Shown in pieces: positions 9,746 through 18,633 of a stretch of DNA of 64,000 bases (positions are counted from its first letter, which is position 1; each line of letters opens with the position of its first letter). Source of the stretch: Candidatus Zhuqueibacterota bacterium (GTDB lineage: Bacteria; Zhuqueibacterota; Zhuqueibacteria; Residuimicrobiales; Residuimicrobiaceae). Under the pieces are notes generated by a model that worked only from the letters and a program-made list of their open reading frames with translations, searched no databases and was not told the origin of the DNA. The stretch is from assembly GCA_963169875.1 (NCBI GenBank), contig CAUJEL010000197.1:12395-76394 (forward strand), read 5' to 3'. The position numbers were made by a program, and so were the translations under genes.

Positions 9746-12571
9746 ATGAAAAATTCAATGCACATGATTCTTTTTAAGAGTTGCGCGCTCCTCAGCCTGC
9801 TGATAAATACAGCGGTTTTGCCCAATCCGCTGACGCCTGAGACCAGCGGCAACCCGCGACAGCGCATCTCCATCAACGATGATTGGCGTTTTTGCAAGTA
9901 TGCTGAAACAGAGGTCGCGGATGACCTCATCTACGACGCACGCCCGGAGGTCAAGGGCCCCTGGGCGTACGGCCCCGCGGATGCCAAACCCACTGCGGCG
10001 GAAAGCTTGAACACGGCGCAACAAGTACTCAAGCCGTGGATAATGCCGAGCGGCAATGATTTTATCGAAGAGCCTGAAAAACGCCATGTCCGCCCCGAAG
10101 ACGAGCCTGGTTCCAACTTTGCTTTTGTACAGAAAGATTTTGATGACCGTTCATGGCAGCGGGTGAACCTCCCCCACGACTGGGCCGTCAAGGGACCATT
10201 TATGCGGGATCAGGATGAAAAAGTGGGCGGCGGCATGGGGCGCCTGCCCAGTCCGGGCGTGGCCTGGTACCGGAAGAAACTCGATATCCCTGCAGCGGAC
10301 GCCGGCAAAAGCTTTTTTCTTGATGTGGACGGTGCCATGTCGTATGCCATGGTCTGGCTCAACGGCCATCTGGTCGGCGGCTGGCCGTACGGCTACGCCT
10401 CCTGGCGACTCGATCTCACGCCATATATCGTGGTGGGCGGGGCTAATCAACTCGCTATCCGCCTGGACAATCCGCCCAGTTCCTCGCGCTGGTATCCGGG
10501 CGGCGGCCTCTATCGCAATGTCTGGTTGACCAAAACCGGACCGGTTCATCTGGGACACTGGGGCACTTCTGTCACGGCAAGCGAAGTGACCAGGCAATCC
10601 GCAATCATTAATCTGCAAGTGACCATCGATAATGATGCCTGTCAACCAAGTGCTGTCAAAGTGGTCACGCAGATTTTTGTGTTGCAGACAGATGGCGAAA
10701 AGAGCGGCAAAGCCGTAACCTCCTATGGTCAGGTCGCAGCGCACAAGGGACATGCGCAGAGACGGGGTGCAAATCTGGACGGCAACGCTGTGGCCTCCTT
10801 TCTCCCGGTTGAAACCAGCATACCAGCGGGAGCGCGCAAAAAGGTGGAGGGCTCCCTCCGGCTCGAAAATCCCCGGTTGTGGGGCCCGCTGCCCACCCAG
10901 TCGCCCAACCGTTATGTGGCGGTGACAACGCTGTGGCAGAATGACCGCTTGATCGATCAATACGAAACCCCCTTTGGCGTCCGCTCGCTGCGATTCGATC
11001 CGAATGCGGGCGTCTACATCAATGACGAACTCGTCAAGATCAAGGGTGTCAACCAGCATCATGACCTCGGCGCCCTGGGCGCTGCGTTCAATACGCGCGC
11101 TGCCGAGCGTCAGCTCGAAATCCTGCGCGAGATGGGCTGTAATGCCATCCGCATGGCGCACAATCCACCCGCGCCTGAATTGCTCGAGTTGACCGACCGC
11201 ATGGGCTTTCTGGTGATCGATGAAGCCTTTGATGTCTGGTATCGCAAGAAGACGCCGCTTGATTTTCACCTGATATTTGGCGATTGGCATGAGCAGGATT
11301 TGCGCGCCATGGTGCGACGCGACCGCAATCATCCTTCGGTGATCCTGTGGAGCTTTGGCAATGAGGTGGGCGAACAGTACACCGATGTCGAGGGCGCCGC
11401 AGTGGCGCAGCGGTTGCACGACATCATCAAGGAAGAAGACCCCACCCGTCCCACGACCTGCGCAATGAATTGGGCCAAGCCGGACATGCCTCTGCCCGCG
11501 GTCATGGATGTGATCAGCCTGAATTACCAGGGCGAGGGCATCCGTCAGGCGCCCGAGTTCGAGGGGACGGATCGCATCCGCACAGCGCCGCAATACGACG
11601 CCTACCATGAGAAATTCCCGGATAAGGTCATTCTCAGCAGTGAAACCGCGTCGGCGATCAGCAGCCGCGGCATTTATCTTTTTCCTGTATCGCCGGTAAT
11701 CAGCGCACCCGCACGCGATGGCAGGGGAGGGGATGCGAAGATTCGCCAGGTAAGCGCCTACGAACTCCATGCCGTCGATTTCGGTTCAAGCGTAGATAAG
11801 GTTTTCGCTTCACTCGCACGCCATCCTTTTGTCGCCGGCGAGTTCGTCTGGAACGGCTGGGATTACCTCGGCGAGCCCACGCCCTACTACGAATCGCGCA
11901 GTTCCTATTCCGGGATCATTGATTTGGCTGGGTTCAAAAAGGATCGCTTTTATCTCTACCAGGCGCACTGGCGCCCGCAGCTGCCCATGGCGCACATTCT
12001 GCCGCACTGGAACTGGCCGGAACGCCTCGGCCAGGTCACGCCGGTGCATGTGTTCACCTCCGGGGATGAGGCGGAGCTGTTCCTCAATGACAAATCACTC
12101 GGCATGCGCCAAAAAAGCCAATCCGAGTTCCGGCTGCGCTGGGATGACGTGGTTTATGAACCAGGTGCATTGAAGGTGGTCGCTTACAGGGACGGGAAAA
12201 AATGGGCTGAAGAGATGGTTGTAACCACGGGAGAAGCAACGCGTTTGCATGCTGAGCCGGATCGCGCGGTGATCAAGGCCGACGGACGGGATTTGTCTTT
12301 TATAACAGTACGCGTTGTGGATCAAGATGGACGAACGGTGCCGCGCGCGACCAACCTCATCCAATTCAGTATCGAGGGACCGGGCGAGATCGTGGCCACG
12401 GACAATGGCGATCCCACCAATCTGGTCGCGTTCTCCTCGCACGAGCGTGCGGCCTTCAGTGGTCTGGCCCTGGTTGTTGTCCGCGGCAAACCAGGAAAAT
12501 CGGGGGCGCTAAAAATTCGCGCCGTTTCGCCGGGATTGAAAGAGGGGCAAGCGCGAATCAAAGTCCGGTGA
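9746..12571 (+). CDS. Glycoside hydrolase family 2 (beta-galactosidase/beta-glucuronidase-like)
   Basis: Signal peptide; INDDWRF sugar-binding domain start; TIM-barrel motifs NAIRMAHNPP and WSFGNEVGE (acid/base Glu). The 941-aa length with C-terminal Ig-like/DUF4982-like domains fits GH2. Confidence 0.8.
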   Translation: MKNSMHMILFKSCALLSLLINTAVLPNPLTPETSGNPRQRISINDDWRFCKYAETEVADDLIYDARPEVKGPWAYGPADAKPTAAESLNTAQQVLKPWIMPSGNDFIEEPEKRHVRPEDEPGSNFAFVQKDFDDRSWQRVNLPHDWAVKGPFMRDQDEKVGGGMGRLPSPGVAWYRKKLDIPAADAGKSFFLDVDGAMSYAMVWLNGHLVGGWPYGYASWRLDLTPYIVVGGANQLAIRLDNPPSSSRWYPGGGLYRNVWLTKTGPVHLGHWGTSVTASEVTRQSAIINLQVTIDNDACQPSAVKVVTQIFVLQTDGEKSGKAVTSYGQVAAHKGHAQRRGANLDGNAVASFLPVETSIPAGARKKVEGSLRLENPRLWGPLPTQSPNRYVAVTTLWQNDRLIDQYETPFGVRSLRFDPNAGVYINDELVKIKGVNQHHDLGALGAAFNTRAAERQLEILREMGCNAIRMAHNPPAPELLELTDRMGFLVIDEAFDVWYRKKTPLDFHLIFGDWHEQDLRAMVRRDRNHPSVILWSFGNEVGEQYTDVEGAAVAQRLHDIIKEEDPTRPTTCAMNWAKPDMPLPAVMDVISLNYQGEGIRQAPEFEGTDRIRTAPQYDAYHEKFPDKVILSSETASAISSRGIYLFPVSPVISAPARDGRGGDAKIRQVSAYELHAVDFGSSVDKVFASLARHPFVAGEFVWNGWDYLGEPTPYYESRSSYSGIIDLAGFKKDRFYLYQAHWRPQLPMAHILPHWNWPERLGQVTPVHVFTSGDEAELFLNDKSLGMRQKSQSEFRLRWDDVVYEPGALKVVAYRDGKKWAEEMVVTTGEATRLHAEPDRAVIKADGRDLSFITVRVVDQDGRTVPRATNLIQFSIEGPGEIVATDNGDPTNLVAFSSHERAAFSGLALVVVRGKPGKSGALKIRAVSPGLKEGQARIKVR

Positions 12572-12823
12572 TACACCTCTGTTCGGATCCCTTTTAATGA
12601 CACTATACGATCTGGGTATCCGGGTGCACTGCCTAAAATTGAAGCAAACCAGGTTATTGATCTTTCCAATCCCATTTTGCCGACCGATTGTCCCGGGGCT
12701 CTTGGGAACAAGAGAAACGGCACCCTGAGCAAACAGAGTACTGGCAAATAACTGGCCAAAGTTTAAAACATCATCCCGAGACCTGCGCTGGTTGCAGGCC
12801 CCGGGATTCCGGACGTTGAATAC

Positions 12824-15800
12824 TTATTTCAGCAGCAACATGCGCTTGATCTCTTTGAACGAACCAGCCTCCAGACAGTAGAAATAGAATCCGCTCGGCA
12901 GGGCGATCGCATCCCAGGTGGTCGTGTACTGCCCGGCCGCCTGACGTGTTTCAACCAGCCTGGCGATCTCCCGCCCCTGCACATCATAGACTGTAAGACG
13001 CACCTGCATCTCCTCCGGAATCTGGTACACAATGGCCGTGACGGGATTGAATGGATTCGGATAATTCTGCTGCAAAGAGACAGTCTGCGGCAGCGCTGTC
13101 TCCGGTTCCAGCGGTTCCTCCTCATCCAGTTCCTTGGTCGCCAGCGGCAGACGCGCCAGCGCCGTCACGCCGGATGGCCGGTTGCTCTCGATCCATTCCG
13201 GATCCGAATAATCTTCACCATTCGTTTTGCCCAGTTGACCGTTATTCCGAAACGGACTGAGATCGGTGAGCTCCTGGCCCTGACCTTCGTCGAAATCGTA
13301 ATAGGCAACCAGGCCCGGTTCGTAGGTTGTCAGACGGTTGAAAATCATCTGGTTTATTTCTGCTTCGGAGCGCGCGACATTCCACAAACTCAATTCATCC
13401 AGCAATCCTTCATAGTGATACTCATAGATGTTGCCGTGTTTGGCGGCGCCGATGAAAAGGTCCTTGAGCAGATCGCGCGGGGCTGCGGTGGCCGCGCGCA
13501 TGGATTCGAGGCGGCCGTTGAGATAGAGCCGGGTTTGAGCCCCATCAAAAGTCAAGGCCGCGTGCACCCAGGTGTTGACCGGAATGGCGGAGGCCGAGGG
13601 TCCCACGATGTTATTCATGCGCGAGCCGCCCGGAATCGCCGTCCGCAACGCAGCGCACATCCTGTCCGTCGCGCCATAAAAACTGACATAGTACTCGTCA
13701 AAGGCGCCCTTTTCCAGAATACGGCTCCATTTCTGGGCAGGATCGTCAGTCTTGAACCAGAATGCGATGGTAAATTTTCGCGTGATGTTGAGGCTGGCAT
13801 CGTGGGGCACCTGGACAAAATCGTCAATGCCGTCAAACGCCAGGGCAAAATTGGGCAGAGGCGCCACTTCCCTGATCATGATTTTGAAAACCGCATCGCT
13901 GGTGTCCGCCGGTGCAGCGCCTGCGGAGGCGGCGACGCGCACCAGTGCGGAATCGGTCGCCGTGTTCGGCAAGGTCCATGTGTACACGCCGGAATCAGGT
14001 TGCGCGTTCGCCAAGAGCAGCCAGGATTGACCGTTATCAAGGGAGTAGTGCAAATCCACGGTGCCGGTGAAGGCGCGGGAGCGCCACTGTACCTGATAAG
14101 TGTCGCCGGCAAACAGGGTGTCGCCGCCATTGGGCGTCATGACCCATAATTTCGGCGGCGGATTCACAAACTGGAACTTGCCCCACATCACATCCCACGG
14201 GCACGAATGGCGTCCCGCCTCACGGATGCGCAGGGTGGCCTTTTCCTGGCTCAGGAAGGGCACATCCCAGATGAACGAGCCATCGTCCGGCGTGCTGGGG
14301 GTGATCACCAGCGGAAAGGTCACGCCCAGATCGAAAGAGAGGTCGATGGCCACATTGGCGGCGATGCGCCAGGATTTCCAGAGAATTTCAAAAGGTTCGC
14401 CGCGCACCACATCCAGGGAATCGTGCGGGGCGATAATCTGCACCCAGTGATCCGGATTCATCCAGTGGTATTCCGCGGTGAGGTCGTTGGTCAGAACGAT
14501 GCGATCCAATCGCGTATAGTTTTCGCGGCTGCGAACGGTGATTTGATGGGCGCCGGCGGTCAGATTCAGGAGCACCATATCCGGTTCCGACAGACGTTGC
14601 CAGTACCAGACGCCATCGCCTTTGCGGATTTCCCAGAGGTGTTCATCGCCGCCATCGCAGGAGACCCAGAAGGAATTGCGCGTACCGCCCGGCGCCTGGG
14701 CGCGGCCCCAGAGCACATAGAGGCCGGGTTTGGCGACGGTCACATTGAATACCGCCTTGCCGCTGTTATTTTTGTCCGAATAGATGGCTTCGCAATCGAA
14801 GGACGTGCCGTTGATCCACTTGCGCATGGGCGCGGTCAGGGCCGCATCTTCGGCCTCCATTTGCAGCTGCGCCTGCCAATTGGCGCCGGATATCGTGATG
14901 GGACTGTCATTGACATCGAATTCGGCGGGCGTTGTGCTGTTGACAACCTTGAACAGTCCGTTGGTCGTAGACAGACCAGGGACGAATGTGGCGAACGATC
15001 CGGTATTGTTGATATTTTGCGCCAGAGGTATCCATTTCGTGCCGCCATCCGCTGAAAAGTAGAGATCGACTTTGAGGGCATTATTGCCCGGCAGCCAGGT
15101 GATGGTCAACGGGTCGGCGATGTTCAGGCTGCCGCCATTGGGAGACGCCAGTACCAGCACGGTTGGCGACAAAATCGCGACCTGATAATCCTCAACTTCC
15201 CCGTCTCCGGCAAAACCGGACGGGGTCAGATTTTGCTCTGTGGAGAGACGGAACCGTGCGAATGTGTTTACTTGAACAGCGCTGGACGGCACATTGAGCA
15301 AGAGGTTGTTACTGCCTGCTGTTACCGCGCGATTGATGACAACCTGTTCTGAGGCATCGTTCCAGTCGCCATCCACATTCCAATCGATCCAGGCATTCAG
15401 ATAGGCCTGGATCCCTGTGGTGTTCTCTACCGTAACTTCAATAACTGCCTGCAAACCCTTATATAGCAGGGGAAGGGTGACGCCCTCTTCATCGTCGGTG
15501 CCATCGGCATCATCTCCCTGCGCCATTGCATCGGGCATGCCATCCACATCATGATCGATCAGCGCACCCAGTTTGAGCCTGGCATCGATCAGGTGCCCCG
15601 CGCCATTGCTGGTCAGGAGCGTGGCATAGGTTGGATCGGGTGCGTCGCCCAAATCCCATTCCATGATGTACTGGTGCGACATGGTGTTGTTGGTCCCGTC
15701 GCATTCGCCAACTGCAAGATTCGGATCGATGGTGGCTGTGAAGTTACAGCTGGATGAGATTGGGGTAAAATTGAAGGTCACATCGGCCGCTGCGCCGGCT

Positions 15801-17635
15801 GCCAGGTCAATCGATTGTTCCGTGAATGTCAAACCACAATCCGAGATCAAACGGACGACGGTGCCCAGGACGCTGCCGCAGCCTGGATTGGCTGCACGGA
15901 CGCGCACGGATACCTGCCAGTTCCCCACAACCTGCGGGGTGATCGATTGGATGGTTAAATCCGGAATCTGCAAGGCTTTGTTGGAAACCAGGCTATTATT
16001 GGTTTCATTGGTTTCTGCGATTACATGGCTATAGTCCGCTTCGATATTGAATGAAACCCCACAGCCGGTGCTGTTGACGCAAAGATTGGTCGTCAGGGTT
16101 TGCTCTGTGATGGTGAAAAGCTGTGTGCCGCTTCCCGGCAGATTAACGCCGACGAAGGTTTGCGTCCATTGATCGATTATATTACCGCTCCCCCCGTTGT
16201 TATCATACAGCGTAAATCGCATCGGGACGTCCATATTGCACGTGGTGGTGCCGGTATTTGCCAGCGTCACGGTGCCGGTGATTTGCACTTGCCCGTCCGC
16301 TATGGGGGTTATGGTCAGCGTATTGGTTGAAACCGAGAGATCAATGGCGTTCAGGTTAACGTTATAATCTTCAACTTCGCCGTCCGGTGCCGCGCCGTTG
16401 TAGGGGAGATTTGCCGTCGAACCCAAGCGAAAGCGTGCGCAGGTGGAGCCGGGCGATGCGGTGGCAGGGACGGTGATGGTAAGATTATTTGCCCCTGCTG
16501 CCAGCGTCAGATTTGTGGCGATCTGTTCGCCGCTGTCGCTCCAGTCGCCATCGCGGTTCCAGTCGATCCACGCATGCAGATAAGGTGTTGCGACGCCCGC
16601 TGTATTGGTGAGCGATATGGAGAGGGTGGCGGGTTGGCCGGGCGTCAAGTCGGGGATGGTGACGCCGTCTTCGTCATCGCCGGCGGTATCGTCGCCAGTG
16701 GCGTTGGCATTCGGTTGGCCATCATTTTCGGAATCGATGGATGCGCCCAGAGAAAAGCCGGTCAGGATAGTATGTATCGCGCCATTACTGGCCAACAGCG
16801 TGGGAAAGGTGGGATCAGGCGCATCGCCCAGATCATAGGCCACGAGATTGTTGGCCAGGGTCCAGCGCGAAAAAGCGTTGATACTTGCCAGAGCCACGTT
16901 GTTATCTGACGGGTTCGGGGTGCCGCCTTCACTGCTCCAGGAGGCGCCGGCGTTTGTCGAGCGGTACAGCTTAAGGGACGGTTCGAGTTGTCCGTTCAGT
17001 TCGCTTTCATCGTAATGAAAAATCAATGCAGCGTTGAGGCCGCTGTTCTGCGTCGGCGAGATATCAAAATAACGGGTGATGCCGCTGCTGCCGCTGCCGC
17101 TTTGCGCGGCGTGACCGCGGCGGATTTCGGTGACGCCGAGATCCGCGGCTGTGGTCAGTTCAGCGCCGAGTCCGCCAACATCGAGTCCGCTGGGGGCGTT
17201 GAGCGTGCGCGTTGTGGTGAGATAGCCGGAACTTCCTTTGACGGTGTTGCCCGCGGTTTCGCTCAGGGTGGCGGTCGTGCTCAGCGTGATGATGTTGCCG
17301 TTGAGGTCCACATCGCCCGTGGTCACAGTGAAGAGATTGTTCACCGTGAAGCTGTTGTGCAGCAGCAGATTGCCGGCGCTCTTGTTCAGCGTCAGATTAT
17401 TGAAGGAGACCCCGGTGCCGTCGTGGATGTTTTGATCTCCGCTTGCGCCATTGAAGACAACAGTACCGGTTTGGGCGTTGAAGGTGCCGCTGTTGTTCCA
17501 GTCGCCCGGCAGGCTGAGCGTGGCGCCACCCAGGGAAAATGTCGCGCCGCTACTGATGGTGAGGCCGGCGGCGTGCAGGTAAGAGGCTGCACAAATCAGA
17601 AGTACTGTTATTGCTTTGAAAGCAGGGCTTTTCAT
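12824..17635 (-). CDS. Giant T9SS-secreted surface/adhesin-like protein (GEVED x2, CARDB-like, LamG-like, T9SS C-terminal sorting domain)
   Basis: Signal peptide and an autotransporter-passenger-like N-terminal repeat region. There are two internally duplicated ~170-aa modules each ending in DGEVEDY (a GEVED domain). A LamG/concanavalin-like block (FKTDD...LTFDGAQTRLYLNGRLES) follows. The C-terminus carries the Por_Secre_tail signature NYPNPFNPVTAIVYQI. Confidence 0.75.
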   Translation of the reverse strand: MKSPAFKAITVLLICAASYLHAAGLTISSGATFSLGGATLSLPGDWNNSGTFNAQTGTVVFNGASGDQNIHDGTGVSFNNLTLNKSAGNLLLHNSFTVNNLFTVTTGDVDLNGNIITLSTTATLSETAGNTVKGSSGYLTTTRTLNAPSGLDVGGLGAELTTAADLGVTEIRRGHAAQSGSGSSGITRYFDISPTQNSGLNAALIFHYDESELNGQLEPSLKLYRSTNAGASWSSEGGTPNPSDNNVALASINAFSRWTLANNLVAYDLGDAPDPTFPTLLASNGAIHTILTGFSLGASIDSENDGQPNANATGDDTAGDDEDGVTIPDLTPGQPATLSISLTNTAGVATPYLHAWIDWNRDGDWSDSGEQIATNLTLAAGANNLTITVPATASPGSTCARFRLGSTANLPYNGAAPDGEVEDYNVNLNAIDLSVSTNTLTITPIADGQVQITGTVTLANTGTTTCNMDVPMRFTLYDNNGGSGNIIDQWTQTFVGVNLPGSGTQLFTITEQTLTTNLCVNSTGCGVSFNIEADYSHVIAETNETNNSLVSNKALQIPDLTIQSITPQVVGNWQVSVRVRAANPGCGSVLGTVVRLISDCGLTFTEQSIDLAAGAAADVTFNFTPISSSCNFTATIDPNLAVGECDGTNNTMSHQYIMEWDLGDAPDPTYATLLTSNGAGHLIDARLKLGALIDHDVDGMPDAMAQGDDADGTDDEEGVTLPLLYKGLQAVIEVTVENTTGIQAYLNAWIDWNVDGDWNDASEQVVINRAVTAGSNNLLLNVPSSAVQVNTFARFRLSTEQNLTPSGFAGDGEVEDYQVAILSPTVLVLASPNGGSLNIADPLTITWLPGNNALKVDLYFSADGGTKWIPLAQNINNTGSFATFVPGLSTTNGLFKVVNSTTPAEFDVNDSPITISGANWQAQLQMEAEDAALTAPMRKWINGTSFDCEAIYSDKNNSGKAVFNVTVAKPGLYVLWGRAQAPGGTRNSFWVSCDGGDEHLWEIRKGDGVWYWQRLSEPDMVLLNLTAGAHQITVRSRENYTRLDRIVLTNDLTAEYHWMNPDHWVQIIAPHDSLDVVRGEPFEILWKSWRIAANVAIDLSFDLGVTFPLVITPSTPDDGSFIWDVPFLSQEKATLRIREAGRHSCPWDVMWGKFQFVNPPPKLWVMTPNGGDTLFAGDTYQVQWRSRAFTGTVDLHYSLDNGQSWLLLANAQPDSGVYTWTLPNTATDSALVRVAASAGAAPADTSDAVFKIMIREVAPLPNFALAFDGIDDFVQVPHDASLNITRKFTIAFWFKTDDPAQKWSRILEKGAFDEYYVSFYGATDRMCAALRTAIPGGSRMNNIVGPSASAIPVNTWVHAALTFDGAQTRLYLNGRLESMRAATAAPRDLLKDLFIGAAKHGNIYEYHYEGLLDELSLWNVARSEAEINQMIFNRLTTYEPGLVAYYDFDEGQGQELTDLSPFRNNGQLGKTNGEDYSDPEWIESNRPSGVTALARLPLATKELDEEEPLEPETALPQTVSLQQNYPNPFNPVTAIVYQIPEEMQVRLTVYDVQGREIARLVETRQAAGQYTTTWDAIALPSGFYFYCLEAGSFKEIKRMLLLK

Positions 17636-17850
17636 TTTTCTTCCTCCGTGTTGTAGACCAGGTGGAGTCCATCGACCCGGGCCAACCCGTTTAACTTGAG
17701 CAGCGTGGCGCGGCTACTATTGCTGACGTTGAAATTGCTGCTGTTGTCTGCTGTAGGAATTTTGATTAACATGTCATTATCGAAGCCTGTGCTTGACACC
17801 AGCATGATGATGGAATAAATGAGCACAAGTGAGGCGCTATAAATTTTCAT
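17632..17850 (-). CDS. Small secreted hypothetical protein, translationally coupled to the giant T9SS protein
   Basis: 72 aa with an N-terminal hydrophobic signal-like segment. Its stop overlaps the start of the downstream giant gene (ATGA). No recognizable domain. Confidence 0.3.
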   Translation of the reverse strand: MKIYSASLVLIYSIIMLVSSTGFDNDMLIKIPTADNSSNFNVSNSSRATLLKLNGLARVDGLHLVYNTEEEK

Positions 17851-18086
17851 GATCGCACCTTTATATTCAAGGACGATGGCAAAAGATTTGGAATATTCAA
17901 AAAACGGCGCCTCTGAATGACTCTTCCATCTATGGGTGCAACAAAACCAGAATCTGTTGCCGAGTCATTTGCTGACTCTGACTGATCATTTGAAAAAGGA
18001 TAGTTAATAATTTGGGAGAAGAAAGGATGCCTGGACGGAAGGATGCGGTTCTCAATAGGGTATTATAATAAATAATTCCTTAAATA

Positions 18087-18422
18087 TCAACTAAAATGAA
18101 GGGAGAGGCCTAAATTTAGTGCTACCCGGCAAAAGATAAAAAATGGTCGATGATACAGCGTTATTGGACCGGCTATTGATATTTTTGCGGCTTGAACCGG
18201 TTCTCCGTATACAAGGGAGAGAATTACCTGCTGGATGATAAGGGCACAGGCGGGACTGCAAGAGGTATCATTGCGATGATTTTCTAGCACGGCCACCAGG
18301 CTGCTGCCGTCCAACACCCGTGCCAGGTAACTGCCAAAACCGTTAATGCTTCCAGCGTGATCAGCGATGGTCAACGTTTCCTGTTCGTGATGAATGGACT
18401 GTGTCAGTCGCGTTTGAGCCAA
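18087..18422 (-). pseudogene. Possible remnant of a class-C beta-lactamase / serine-hydrolase C-terminus
   Basis: The segment ...ADHAGSINGFGSYLARVLDGSSLVAVLENH... resembles the KTG(S/T)xNGFGxYVAFxPExxxGxVxLxN C-terminal block of AmpC-like serine hydrolases. There is no room for the ~300-aa catalytic N-terminus before the next gene. Confidence 0.25.
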
Positions 18423-18633
18423 AGCGCATCGACTGCCCGGCTAAATGGTACATTAAAAAGAATGCTGATTACATATTTTTGCAAGGGTGAGTAGATAGCC
18501 ATATTTTTTGTTAATTCGTCAACCGGTTCATTGTTTTCAACGTTTTTGTTGTTTGTTCTTGATACTGGTAAGAGAATTGCTTATTTTCAATCAAGTGGTT
18601 TTAACTCGAATATGGATTAGAACCAGCACGGGT

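Noticed and set aside
10151-11770. 539-aa minus-strand ORF inside the GH2 gene
   Set aside because: It lies entirely within and antisense to the GH2 CDS. It has no recognizable motifs and a typical high-GC antisense composition. The other long antisense ORFs (13235-14149, 14207-15055, 26462-27340, 30520-31530, 49937-51016, 54650-55765, 58844-60787) were rejected for the same reason.
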